Assembly: GCA_965370555.1 (NCBI GenBank)
Contig: CBDUVB010000003.1
Span: 20,357-84,356 of the forward strand
Reading direction: 5' to 3'
DNA: 64,000 nucleotides
From: an uncultured bacterium
GTDB taxonomy: Bacteria; Bipolaricaulota; Bipolaricaulia; UBA7950; UBA9294
Shown here: one piece after another, positions 37,025 through 46,455 of the stretch
Layout: each line of letters opens with the position of its first letter
Numbering within the stretch: the first letter of the stretch is position 1
Program-made: the position numbers and the translations under genes
Notes under the pieces: model-generated
What the model saw: the letters and a program-made list of their open reading frames with translations, nothing else
Database searches by the model: none
Told to the model about the DNA's origin: nothing

Positions 37025-39616
37025 ATGCGTAAATCGATCTTTCTTGTGCCGCTTCTCTTAGTGAGCTTACTCTTCTTGGCAGGGTGTGACATAATTTTCC
37101 CGCCACCCCCACCACCACCACCACCACCACTACTTGAAGAGCCTTACGGTGCTCCTTTTGATCCTAATGCAATTACGGTTGATCCAGCAACCGGAGCCGC
37201 AATCGTCTCCAATCAAGTGATCGTCAGGTTCAAAGAGGGTCGCGCTAAGGCTACTATAGAAGCAGTGATCGCCAGGCTTGACTGTATTATTATAGGAGAG
37301 ATCCCCATACTTAACGTTTATCAACTGAAAACACCAAACGGTGCTGACCCTACTGCTTTGGTCGCTCAATTCGCAAATAGCCCTCATGTTCAGTGGGCAG
37401 AAGCCAATCATATTATACGTGTGGATGCACCTACTGGGAGCACTTCTGCTTCCGAACCCACCGATCCGTATTTCCGGGAACAATGGGCATTACACAATAC
37501 CGGTCAAACTGGGGGAAGCGTGGATGCCGATATAGACGCCCCAGAAGCTTGGACGATAGAGAAAGGTCATCCAAGCGTAACCATCGCTATTTTAGATACC
37601 GGGGTAAACTATAGACACGAGGACTTGGAGGACAATCTCCGGATGCCTGCGGGGATTGTTTTTGATTTTATTGATAACGATACCTCTCCCATGGACGAGG
37701 GTGATCCTAATCGTCATGGCTATGGCCATGGCACGGCGATGACCGGTGTTGCTGCGGCTAGTATGAGCGATAAGGGGATAGTCGGTGTGGCTCCCCATGC
37801 CACGTTTTTACCGGTACGGGTGATAGACCAAGGAAACCAAGTAGATGCCATAGGAGAAGAGTTTGCAGTAACCCTGGGTATACTTTTCGCATATAACCGT
37901 ATACAGGCCAGGGTAATAAGTATGAGTTTCACCCTTTCCAAAGATACGTATTTACTCAAGGATGCAATTAGTATGCTGGTAAGAAACAACGACGTTCTCC
38001 TAGTATCATCAGCGGGAAATAATGATTCTTCCACTCCAATGTATCCAGCTGGGTTTCCCGGGGTTATGGCCGTAGCGGCAACTGATCATAACGACAAGAG
38101 GTCGGACTGGGGAGAGAGGCGGGACTGGCGGTGGTGGCCGTTGCCACCAGGGTGGGTGCTGGTCAAATCAGCGTCAAACTATGGCCCCTGGGTAGATGTC
38201 TCTGCACCTGGTGGCAGTAGCGAAAGAATGATTTGGAGTACCGCTCTTTCTAACAATGACAGCTACCATAATACTGGTGGAACATCCTCAGCAGCAGCGT
38301 TCGTCTCTGGCGTGGCCGCTTTAATATGGTCACTTGATTACAGAACTGGTGGAGGGTTCGATCTGTCCGCTAGCGAAGTCCGGGATATCATCGAAAAATC
38401 AGCCGATAACATTGACCACCTTAATCCGGGGTTTGAGGGAAGACTAGGGGCGGGTAGGGTTAACGCTCATAAAGCCTTATTGGAAGCCGCAAGAAAGCTA
38501 GGCCTGCACGAACCTCCCAATGTCAATCGACCTGATCTCACTGTAAGCTCTGTCAATCTGTCTACGACCTTAGCTAATCCAGGGGATAAGGTATTGGTTA
38601 CCTTTACCATACAAAACAACGGTGGCCCTATATTGGGAGAAGTTCAAAACAGGCTGTTCCTGTCGAGTAGCCAATATGGAGGAGCGCAGGAAAACCCATT
38701 CGACGATTACCCCATGGCTCTTGGAGATAGTGAGTCCAAAAGCCAAACGGTCGAGATTACCATCCCGCAGGTGTCAGCAGGCAACTGGTACATCGTTGTC
38801 TATACTGACTGCAATGCAACAATCGACGAAACTAACGAATATAACAATATCAACAGCGCTGCAATATCGATAGCGGAGCACAGCGGGCCAGAACCTCCTG
38901 AAGTGGCAGGAAAGATCATTGATTACAATGCCAGTCCTAGAGAGGTAACGGTGCCAGGGAACGTCACGTTGAGCGTAACCATTGAGAACACTGGCAACGT
39001 TTGGCAGCATTCCTTTTACCCGGCTGTGGATCTAAGGGGACCAAGCGGCACTATAGAGCATCTTCCCATCGGGCCCATCACCCTTGATCCTGGAGAGCAA
39101 GGGAGCATTTCCTGGACTTATACCGTCGACGCCCAAGGAGGTTGGGACGTGATGTTCGGTCTCTGGGCGGAATCAACTCTGGAGACCTCGCTTGATTATA
39201 GGGGCTGGTTCGATGACTACATCATTGCCAGATTGGTAGGACCACTCATAAATATTGTTGGCACATGGTCTGGAATCCTTACCCAACAACCAGACAGAAG
39301 ATTTTTCTATAAGATGGTTCTTTCCCAGGAAGGCACCACTGTTAGCGGAACATCTAGAGTAGAATGGGCAGAGGATCCACAATACTACAAGATAACCCGG
39401 ATAGAAGGGACGATAGTTGATGGTGAATTTATCTATCGGGACACGGAAATATTGGAAGAAAGGCCTCGTCCAGGTATCTATTGGTGCTTGATAACGAGGG
39501 CGGAGTTGACGTTCGCCCCTGGTCTAGATGTGGATTCATTGTCTGGTCCATATGTATGTATGTGTGAAGCTGATGAATGCTTGCCCGGAGAAATCTATCT
39601 AGAAAGACATGAATGA
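37025..39616 (+). CDS. S8 (subtilisin) family serine peptidase lipoprotein with a polyproline linker and C-terminal CARDB-like domains
   Basis: Lipobox LAGC followed by P10; catalytic Asp (DTGVNYRHEDL), His (HGTAMTG) and Ser (GGTSSAAAFVSG); C-terminal DLTVSSVNL...NNGG repeats; lower GC than its surroundings. Confidence 0.85.
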   Translation: MRKSIFLVPLLLVSLLFLAGCDIIFPPPPPPPPPPLLEEPYGAPFDPNAITVDPATGAAIVSNQVIVRFKEGRAKATIEAVIARLDCIIIGEIPILNVYQLKTPNGADPTALVAQFANSPHVQWAEANHIIRVDAPTGSTSASEPTDPYFREQWALHNTGQTGGSVDADIDAPEAWTIEKGHPSVTIAILDTGVNYRHEDLEDNLRMPAGIVFDFIDNDTSPMDEGDPNRHGYGHGTAMTGVAAASMSDKGIVGVAPHATFLPVRVIDQGNQVDAIGEEFAVTLGILFAYNRIQARVISMSFTLSKDTYLLKDAISMLVRNNDVLLVSSAGNNDSSTPMYPAGFPGVMAVAATDHNDKRSDWGERRDWRWWPLPPGWVLVKSASNYGPWVDVSAPGGSSERMIWSTALSNNDSYHNTGGTSSAAAFVSGVAALIWSLDYRTGGGFDLSASEVRDIIEKSADNIDHLNPGFEGRLGAGRVNAHKALLEAARKLGLHEPPNVNRPDLTVSSVNLSTTLANPGDKVLVTFTIQNNGGPILGEVQNRLFLSSSQYGGAQENPFDDYPMALGDSESKSQTVEITIPQVSAGNWYIVVYTDCNATIDETNEYNNINSAAISIAEHSGPEPPEVAGKIIDYNASPREVTVPGNVTLSVTIENTGNVWQHSFYPAVDLRGPSGTIEHLPIGPITLDPGEQGSISWTYTVDAQGGWDVMFGLWAESTLETSLDYRGWFDDYIIARLVGPLINIVGTWSGILTQQPDRRFFYKMVLSQEGTTVSGTSRVEWAEDPQYYKITRIEGTIVDGEFIYRDTEILEERPRPGIYWCLITRAELTFAPGLDVDSLSGPYVCMCEADECLPGEIYLERHE

Positions 39617-39898
39617 TAAAGGTCAAATTCGAACCCTTCAACGAAGGGACTGCGGTTCATTCATTGGATGGGAAAATAGTTATAGCGGGAGGCGTTTCCT
39701 TTAGCTTCTAGTCATGATTAATCGTTAGTATTGGTGTCATTGCTGGGAACAAGGGGGTTGCCATTGAATTTACAGTCTTGGAATTAGCGTGATGAATCCC
39801 GATGGAAGTAATAGGCAGATTCTTATAGAAGGATACGGTAGGTCTCTAAGCTGGTCACGTTAAGACCGCTTGCAGCAAAAGGAACAAAAGGAGGGCTA

Positions 39899-40708
39899 AT
39901 GAAAGTTCGTACGTTAATCGGATTATTGGTGCTGGTAGTTTGTGTATTTAGTGTGGTCTCGGCTTTAGCAGATGAGGTAAAGGTCAAGGACGGCAGGGTA
40001 TTTAGTGGGGTTATAAAATCAGGGATCCCTGAATTGATCAGCATTGATGTTGAGAGTGTGATTTCTACTGTCAAGAGGACCGCGATAAGAGAGATAAGCT
40101 ATGAATCCAGGGATGTAGATGTCATAAAGACGGTAAGGGGTGACATCTTCACAGGCTCAATAACCACTACAATGCCTGACCACATTATTATTCAGACAGA
40201 TTTAGGGATAGTAACCATTAATAACGCGGATATAGCGAGGGTAACGTTTGAATCTTTTGTGAGTGTGGGCGGCGAGGAAAGTCCATGGGATTATATTGGC
40301 CTAGAGGGATTGGTGGGAACATTGGGAGCGGCAGGAGGCGGTCTTATCGTTGGCGGTGGTGCACTCATTATGTGCGAGCTAATTACACAAGCAGATCTTT
40401 CATGCCTTGCCATTGGAGCTATAGGATATATAGTCGGAAACCTGGCTGTTCCCATCATGGCTGTTAATGCGGTGGGTAAAGCACATGATGTTAGGGGTAA
40501 CTTGGGACTTGCCTTTGTAATGGAGGTAGGAGGTGGGGTTTTCGGTTTCCTTCTTGATGCAGTCCTTGGCACACCCCTTATATTTACCGTTCTTGGAACC
40601 GGTTATGGAGCTGCCACGGGGTACAATATAGGGGCAGAGATAGTGACACAGCCAACGGCTATTAAACAAGGAGAGATCCAATTTGTAAGCGTGGGTATGC
40701 AGTTCTAA
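39899..40708 (+). CDS. secreted two-domain protein (beta-rich N-domain plus Gly-zipper-like hydrophobic C-domain), tandem paralog 1
   Basis: Signal peptide; about 60% identical to 40777..41607, including identical RBS and flanks; C-terminus ...FVSVGMQF. Confidence 0.5.
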   Translation: MKVRTLIGLLVLVVCVFSVVSALADEVKVKDGRVFSGVIKSGIPELISIDVESVISTVKRTAIREISYESRDVDVIKTVRGDIFTGSITTTMPDHIIIQTDLGIVTINNADIARVTFESFVSVGGEESPWDYIGLEGLVGTLGAAGGGLIVGGGALIMCELITQADLSCLAIGAIGYIVGNLAVPIMAVNAVGKAHDVRGNLGLAFVMEVGGGVFGFLLDAVLGTPLIFTVLGTGYGAATGYNIGAEIVTQPTAIKQGEIQFVSVGMQF

Positions 40709-40776
40709 AGGAAGGAGCATAGTTATAAAAAAGGTATTTTAACGGTACCGATCTCCATTTTACGCGACCACTTGCA

Positions 40777-41607
40777 GTGAAAGGAACAAAAGGAGGGCTA
40801 ATGAAAGCACGTGCCTTAATCGGATTGTTGGTGCTGGTGGTTTGTGTATTTAGTGTGGTCTCGGCTTTAGCAGATGAGGTAGAGGTTAAGGACGGCAGGG
40901 TATTTAGCGGGGTTATAACTTCAGGCATCCCTGAGCTTCTCAATATCGACGTTAATGGGGTGATTTCCACAATCAGGAGGACCTCAATAAGAGAGATAAG
41001 ATACGAATCCGGAAACGCGGGTACTATAGAGACAGTAAAAGGAGACGTTCTGAAGGGATCACTAACCACTGAGATGCCCGCCCACACCGTAATTAAAACG
41101 GATGTGGGGGCAGTAACCATCAATATCACGGGTATAACAAGGATAACGTTTGAATCTTCTGTGAGTGTGGGCACCGAAAATCCATGGGATTATATTGGGT
41201 TAGAAGGCTTGGTAGGAACATTGGGGGTCGTAGTGGGTGGCCTTGTCGTTGGCGGTGGGGGATTTAGCATCTGTGCGCTAATTGCAGATGATCCTCTTTC
41301 CTGCCTTGTCATTGGGGGTATAGGATATATAGTTGGAAGCCTGGTTGTTCCCATCATTGCAGTCGATGCAGTCGGTAAAGCTCATGATGTTAGGGGTAAT
41401 TTGGGACTTGCCTTTCTAATGGAAGTAGGAGGTGGAGTTTTCGGTTTGCTGCTTGATTCAGCCTTTGGTACCCCCCTGCGTTTTACCATTCTTGGAACAG
41501 GTTTTGGCGCTGCCACGGGGTACAATATAGGGGCAGAGATAGTAACACAGCCAATGGCTACCAAACAAGGAGAGATCCAACTTGTAAGCATGGGTATACA
41601 GTTCTAA
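40777..41607 (+). CDS. secreted two-domain protein, tandem paralog 2
   Basis: Same architecture and flanking sequences as paralog 1; C-terminus ...LVSMGIQF. Confidence 0.5.
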   Translation: MKGTKGGLMKARALIGLLVLVVCVFSVVSALADEVEVKDGRVFSGVITSGIPELLNIDVNGVISTIRRTSIREIRYESGNAGTIETVKGDVLKGSLTTEMPAHTVIKTDVGAVTINITGITRITFESSVSVGTENPWDYIGLEGLVGTLGVVVGGLVVGGGGFSICALIADDPLSCLVIGGIGYIVGSLVVPIIAVDAVGKAHDVRGNLGLAFLMEVGGGVFGLLLDSAFGTPLRFTILGTGFGAATGYNIGAEIVTQPMATKQGEIQLVSMGIQF

Positions 41608-41709
41608 AAGAGACAGAATAGTTATAAAAAAGGTATTTTAGCGGTATCGATCTCCATTTTACGAGACCCGCGAAGAATGCCTTGCCTTATGGATGGGGGT
41701 CTTCACTCG

Positions 41710-42093
41710 TTAGAAACTGTACGAGAGGGTCAACCCATCCTTGGTCATTCCCAGCGAGAATCCCGTGTCCTTGGCGACGTTGTAGGCATCCAAGCCGCTG
41801 TAGACCGCCCAGGCAAAGTGGGCGAGGCCAATGATGGGATTGTACCTATAGCCGTAATAGTGCCCGGGGAGCAATGGTGCGAGGTACAAGCCACCGATGT
41901 TGATGGCAATGATGACTCCAAAGTGAATAATCGCCTTATCTACCTCGTCGTTGAGGAACTGTCCAAATCCAGGAACACAGAGCGACGCAATTCCGGGAAT
42001 CCACGCATCGTTCGACTGTTGAGCTCCCACACTCATTGCGATTCCAGCGAGCAGCCCCACTAGAACAATACATACCACCAGTGTCTTCTTCAT
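41710..42093 (-). CDS. small secreted or membrane protein with a beta-signal-like C-terminus
   Basis: Signal peptide; hydrophobic core; ends ...LTLSYSF. Confidence 0.4.
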   Translation of the reverse strand: MKKTLVVCIVLVGLLAGIAMSVGAQQSNDAWIPGIASLCVPGFGQFLNDEVDKAIIHFGVIIAINIGGLYLAPLLPGHYYGYRYNPIIGLAHFAWAVYSGLDAYNVAKDTGFSLGMTKDGLTLSYSF

Positions 42094-42189
42094 CTTTGTT
42101 ATCGCTCCTTTTTATGATCTTTACGAGAACCACGTGTTACGTTTAGCTAACAGAAGCGGTATTGTTTTCTGGTCCCTCCTTTTCTAGGC

Positions 42190-42951
42190 CTAATCGCTTT
42201 CGCCTATTTTCGTCAGGATTTCGTCGGGAATATCGAAGTTCGCGAATACTTCCTGTACATCCTCGTTGTCGTCGAGGGCATCGATTAACTTGAGGACCTT
42301 CTCCGCGGCACGCCCTTCTACCTTGACGGTGTTCTTGGGGAGCATCGTAGCCTCAGCACTGCTAGGGGTGATTCCCAGGTTGCGTATTCCTTCGCTCAAG
42401 GAGGGTAGGTCGGTCGGGGCACAGTAGATTTCGATTACCTCTCCTTGATCGTCTAATTCCTGTGCGCCGAGCTCGATCAACGACATTAACACCTCATCCC
42501 GGTCCATTCCCTCGGGGATCTCTTCGATCGTGATCACCCCACGGCGATCGAACAACCAGGCGACGCTCCCTGCGGCGGCTAGGCTCCCCCCGTGCTTGCT
42601 GAAGGTGTGGCGAATAGAGGCCGCGGCCCGGTTGCGGTTGTCGGTTACCACGCGCAACAAGACAGCCACTCCGTCTGTGGCGTACCCCTCGTAGGTGATC
42701 TCCTCGTAGGAGACCCCCTCAAGCTCGCCGGTGGCGCGCTTGATCGCTCGCTCGATGTTATCCTTGGGAAGGTTTGCCGCCTTTGCCCGTTCGAGCGCCT
42801 GTGCCAACCCGGGGTTATTCGCCGGGTCGGGGTCGCCGTTCCTTGCCTGAAGAGTGATCTCTTTGATCACCTTGGCAAACAGACTGGATCGCTTCTTGTC
42901 CTGCCGTTCCTTTCGATACTTGACATTAGCCCATTTGGAATGTCCTGACAT
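42190..42951 (-). CDS. yebC: YebC/PmpR-family transcriptional regulator
   Basis: 253 aa; MSGHSKWANVKYRK start; full-length family match. Confidence 0.9.
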   Translation of the reverse strand: MSGHSKWANVKYRKERQDKKRSSLFAKVIKEITLQARNGDPDPANNPGLAQALERAKAANLPKDNIERAIKRATGELEGVSYEEITYEGYATDGVAVLLRVVTDNRNRAAASIRHTFSKHGGSLAAAGSVAWLFDRRGVITIEEIPEGMDRDEVLMSLIELGAQELDDQGEVIEIYCAPTDLPSLSEGIRNLGITPSSAEATMLPKNTVKVEGRAAEKVLKLIDALDDNEDVQEVFANFDIPDEILTKIGESD

Positions 42952-43072
42952 CCGTTCTCCCCCATTTCTTGCCGGTTATCTCCCTCATCATAGCACTTTG
43001 CCGCTGTCCGATGCAAGCACAATGGCGCTAGATTGTGGTATTTGTTTTGCCGCTGAGAAATCGGGAGATTCA

Positions 43073-43115
43073 GATGTTAAATCACTCAATCACTCACTCG
43101 CTCAATCAATCACTT
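43073..43115 (+). repeat. AATCACTC-periodic repeat, dispersed copy 2
   Basis: GATGTTAAATCACTCAATCACTCACTCGCTCAATCAATCAC; about 80% identical to 58432..58470. Confidence 0.45.
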
Positions 43116-43133
43116 TGCTTACTAACAATCTGC

Positions 43134-44177
43134 TCAGGAGGATTGAAAGGGGTGACGGCGAGAGAAATCGGGGAGGTATGTCGTGGGGCTCTCCATCTCC
43201 TGCATCCAGCCACGATGGAGCCCGAGTCGATCCATTTCGGCGAGAACCTCCTCGTATTCCTCTGGGCGTAGAGGACGACCGAGTTCGGGGTGCGATGCGA
43301 CCTGTAGGGTGGGGTGATACTGGGACATGAGTGAGACGTGAACCCCGGGAGAGAGTTCCTCGGCGACGAATTGCAGACACTGTTTGCTGTTCTCGACCTG
43401 GCCCGGGAGGACGAGGTGGCGGACGATTAGCCCCGAGCGGATCAACCCGTCTTGAGCGAGGACAATCTCCGCTCCTTTTTGGCGGAACATCTCCATGAGG
43501 GCGTCTGCCGCTACTCTTGGGTATTCGGGGGTGTCGGAGTAGGACCCGGCGAGGTTTCCATCCATGTACTTGAGGTCGGGAAGATAGACATCGATCACCC
43601 CTTCGAGCGAGGCGAGCATCTTTACCCTGTCGTACGCATTGGTGTTCATCACGTATGTCGGGTAACGGTGATGCTCTTCCAGGCGGGCGATGATCGCTCT
43701 CATCTGGGGGATCACGTGCGAGGGAGAGACGAATCCGACGATGTTCACACCGCGATCGAGGATCCTCTCGATCCGGTCGGCGACCTCATCGAGCGTGAAC
43801 TGCCGACTGAGGTTCTTCCCCTGATTGCGGCTGATCTGGTAGTTCTGGCAGTAGATGCATTGCATGTTGCAGCGGGTGAAAAAGATATTACAGATCCCGT
43901 GTTCTCTACACAGGATCGGTTCCTCCCCGGTGTGCTCGCAGATCGAGGCAATATGGTAACCGGTCCCTGTTTGGCAATAACCGAGAGGGCCATGTACACG
44001 GTCGGCATGACACTCCCGCGGGCAGAGCGTGCAGTCGGAGAGTGAGTCAAAGCTAATCTCTTCTTCTATACCCGACTGAGTTCCTGTATCTCCACCGGGT
44101 GATTCTATCTTCCGCAATGGTTTGCCCTCCTCCTTCCCACTGGTTGAGATCTTTCCGGATTCCGAGCTTCGGATCAA
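43134..44177 (-). CDS. radical SAM protein, PflX-like (COG1313)
   Basis: CNMQCIYCQN (CxxxCxxC) cluster motif; C-terminal PflX-type region. Confidence 0.75.
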   Translation of the reverse strand: MIRSSESGKISTSGKEEGKPLRKIESPGGDTGTQSGIEEEISFDSLSDCTLCPRECHADRVHGPLGYCQTGTGYHIASICEHTGEEPILCREHGICNIFFTRCNMQCIYCQNYQISRNQGKNLSRQFTLDEVADRIERILDRGVNIVGFVSPSHVIPQMRAIIARLEEHHRYPTYVMNTNAYDRVKMLASLEGVIDVYLPDLKYMDGNLAGSYSDTPEYPRVAADALMEMFRQKGAEIVLAQDGLIRSGLIVRHLVLPGQVENSKQCLQFVAEELSPGVHVSLMSQYHPTLQVASHPELGRPLRPEEYEEVLAEMDRLGLHRGWMQEMESPTTYLPDFSRRHPFQSS

Positions 44178-44202
44178 CTTTGCGAGGAGGTCATTCGGTG
44201 AG

Positions 44203-44516
44203 GTTCCTTGTCGTTTCGAGTGGGTAGTGCCTTCTAATTTCGGTTCGCACGGGACGGATGCCAGAGAGAATTCACCACGAAGAGCACGAAGGACACGAAG
44301 AATGGAATTAAATGAGCTGTCAAATCGGGTGATTGGGTATGCGATTGAGGTGCACCGGGGACTGGACCCAGGATTGTTGGAGCCGACTTATGAGCAGTGC
44401 TTTTGACCCCTTCGTGCTCTTCGTGTCCTTCGTGGTAAAACAATTTTGTACCTCTGTGAGAATCTGGGCTCTTCACCCTTTCTCTTAAGTTATCCACTCG
44501 AAACGACAAAGAGCCG
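44203..44516 (+). mobile_element. 314-bp cassette bounded by the inverted 40-bp motif (44203..44241 reverse, 44484..44516 forward), enclosing a GxxExxY gene fragment; lies next to tRNA-Val
   Basis: Same terminal motif as at 23275/23563; internal 27-bp inverted arrays of a 9-mer. Confidence 0.45.
44302..44406 (+). pseudogene. N-terminal 34-codon remnant of a GxxExxY-family (PD-(D/E)XK-like) protein
   Basis: MELNELSNRVIGYAIEVHRGLDPGLLEPTYEQCF* matches the hallmark N-terminus of the family (G..E..Y) and is truncated by a stop. Confidence 0.5.
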
Positions 44517-44566
44517 TTTTTCTACTTGGCGACAGGCTGAATAGCGAAAAACCTGAAAACAAATAG

Positions 44567-44639
44567 TGGGCGAAGCAGGGCTCGAACCTGCGACCTTTCG
44601 GATGTGACCCGAACGCTCTCCCAGCTGAGCTATTCGCCC
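44567..44639 (-). tRNA. tRNA-Val (anticodon CAC); CCA not encoded
   Basis: Minus-strand sequence GGGCGAATAGCTCAGCTGGGAGAGCGTTCGGGTCACATCCGAAAGGTCGCAGGTTCGAGCCCTGCTTCGCCCA folds as a cloverleaf with a 7/4/5/5 stem pattern and the anticodon loop GTCACAT. Confidence 0.7.
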
Positions 44640-44701
44640 GTCGGGCGATCGAATCGCCCGCGATACTCTGCAACTTATTCTAGCAGTGTAGCAAGAGTGA
44701 A

Positions 44702-45883
44702 TCAAGCATCGAACTCCGCGCTTTCCAGCATGTCGGAGAGGCTCTCTCCCGCACGTTTCCGTGTGATCTCCGCGAGTCCGAGTGGCGTAATGTCGACGAA
44801 GTCCGCCGAGACACGGTCCTTCTTCAACTCCTCGTTGATCCTCTCGATCAGCTTCTGCTCATTTCGCGCGCTATCCATATCAACGAAGTCGACGATGATG
44901 ATCCCGCTCATCTGTCGCAGTCGCAGCTGGCGTGCGATCTCCGTTGCGGCCTCCAGGTTTGTGTTGAGTATCGCCGCCTGTTGATTGCGGTGTTTCACAT
45001 CGCCGCCTGTATTGACATCGATCGCGATGAGCGCTTCCGTCTCGTCGATCACCAGTGATCCCCCGCCAGCGAGGTTCACCCGTCGCGACAGGGTCTCCTG
45101 GATCTGCTCCTCCAGGTGGTAATGCTGGAACAACGGGGCCTTCTCCCGATGGAGGTGGATACGGTTCTTGTACTCCGGCATGTACATGTAGTCAAGGAAA
45201 TAGATAATCTTTTCCTGGAAGAACTCCGAATCGACGATCACCTCGTTCACGTCAGGGAGGAGACGATCGCGGAGGACCGTCTGCACGAGTCCCATTGTCT
45301 TGTAGAGAAGTTGCGGAGCGGAGGATTTCTTCGCCGCTGCTTCGATCCCCTCCCAGGTCTCGGAGAGGAACTGGTAATCGCGCACGAGGTCCTCCTTGCT
45401 CGCCCATTGTGCTGCGGTGCGCGCGATCATCCCTTCGCCGTCCTTCTTCAACTCGCGCGCCAGGCGCCTCAGACGCCGATGGATTCGCACGCTCTCGATC
45501 CGGCGGGAGACCCCGAGTCGATCCTCTGTTGGGAGGAAGACCCAGAATCGCCCCGGGAGGCTGATCTTCGTCGTCCCTTGCGGGTTCTTCGACCCGATCC
45601 CTCCCCGCCTGACCTGGAGGATGAGCGTCTGCCCCGGGCGAAGGAGCTTGTTGATAGGTGCCGAACCGTCCCACGGCTTGAACCCGCGTTCGATCACGAT
45701 GGCGTCGTTGATCTCACCCTTCGAGAGGAACAGACTCTTCTTCTCGCCCACATCGACAAATGCCGACCCCAATCCCGGGAGGACATCCTCCACTTTTCCT
45801 TTGTAGATGTTCCCGACGATCTTTTCCTGCGTCGGGTGCCCGTAGTAGATCTCCATTAGCTGGTCGTCCTCCATGATCGCCAC
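44702..45883 (-). CDS. rng: ribonuclease E/G family protein (short form)
   Basis: N-terminal S1 domain; RNase E/G catalytic core and DNase-I-like region. Confidence 0.8.
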   Translation of the reverse strand: MAIMEDDQLMEIYYGHPTQEKIVGNIYKGKVEDVLPGLGSAFVDVGEKKSLFLSKGEINDAIVIERGFKPWDGSAPINKLLRPGQTLILQVRRGGIGSKNPQGTTKISLPGRFWVFLPTEDRLGVSRRIESVRIHRRLRRLARELKKDGEGMIARTAAQWASKEDLVRDYQFLSETWEGIEAAAKKSSAPQLLYKTMGLVQTVLRDRLLPDVNEVIVDSEFFQEKIIYFLDYMYMPEYKNRIHLHREKAPLFQHYHLEEQIQETLSRRVNLAGGGSLVIDETEALIAIDVNTGGDVKHRNQQAAILNTNLEAATEIARQLRLRQMSGIIIVDFVDMDSARNEQKLIERINEELKKDRVSADFVDITPLGLAEITRKRAGESLSDMLESAEFDA

Positions 45884-45924
45884 GCGTGTTCGCTTGGCCT
45901 GTTGATCTGGAGAATCGACCGATA

Positions 45925-46455
45925 TCAGAATTCGTTTCCCTTTAATTTTTCCACCTTCTTATTCTCATCGAGTCTTGCCAGTGCATCAGCGTATCGCACT
46001 CTTCTGTCTGGAGCCATCATCGTCGGTGCAATCTCAAGGAGAGGGATCAGGACGAACCGCCGGCAGGCCATCCGCGGGTGCGGAATTTCAAGATCCTGCT
46101 CGTCGATCTGGCGTCCCTTGTAGAGCAGAATATCGATATCGAGCGTGCGGGGTCCGAAGCGAACGGTTCTTTCTCTACCTGTGTCCTTCTCAATCCGTTG
46201 GCAGAGAGCGAGGAGATCCTGCGGTGGGAGATCCGTCTCCCCCGCGATCACCAGGTTTAAGAACCACGGCTGGTCCACGAGATCGACCGGTTCTGTCTCA
46301 TAGAAGGAAGAACGGCGCACCACGGTGAATCCGCCCTTCTCCAACGAGACGATCCCCTGTTCGATCTGCGACCGCCGCTCTCCCAGGTTCGCTCCGAGGG
46401 AGAGGTAGACCCGTCTATCTATCTCCTCTCCTTCTCCAGCTCGACCGCCGTACAT
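45925..46455 (-). CDS. folK: 2-amino-4-hydroxy-6-hydroxymethyldihydropteridine pyrophosphokinase
   Basis: VYLSLGANLG...FYETEP...RTLDIDIL; start may be internal; overlaps folB. Confidence 0.85.
   Translation of the reverse strand: MYGGRAGEGEEIDRRVYLSLGANLGERRSQIEQGIVSLEKGGFTVVRRSSFYETEPVDLVDQPWFLNLVIAGETDLPPQDLLALCQRIEKDTGRERTVRFGPRTLDIDILLYKGRQIDEQDLEIPHPRMACRRFVLIPLLEIAPTMMAPDRRVRYADALARLDENKKVEKLKGNEF

Noticed and set aside
44122-44406. The full 94-aa ORF spanning the GxxExxY fragment
   Set aside because: Only the last 34 codons have family similarity. The upstream part reads through the inverted-motif repeat and the 9-mer array and has no ribosome-binding site, so it is trimmed to 44302..44406 and called a pseudogene fragment.
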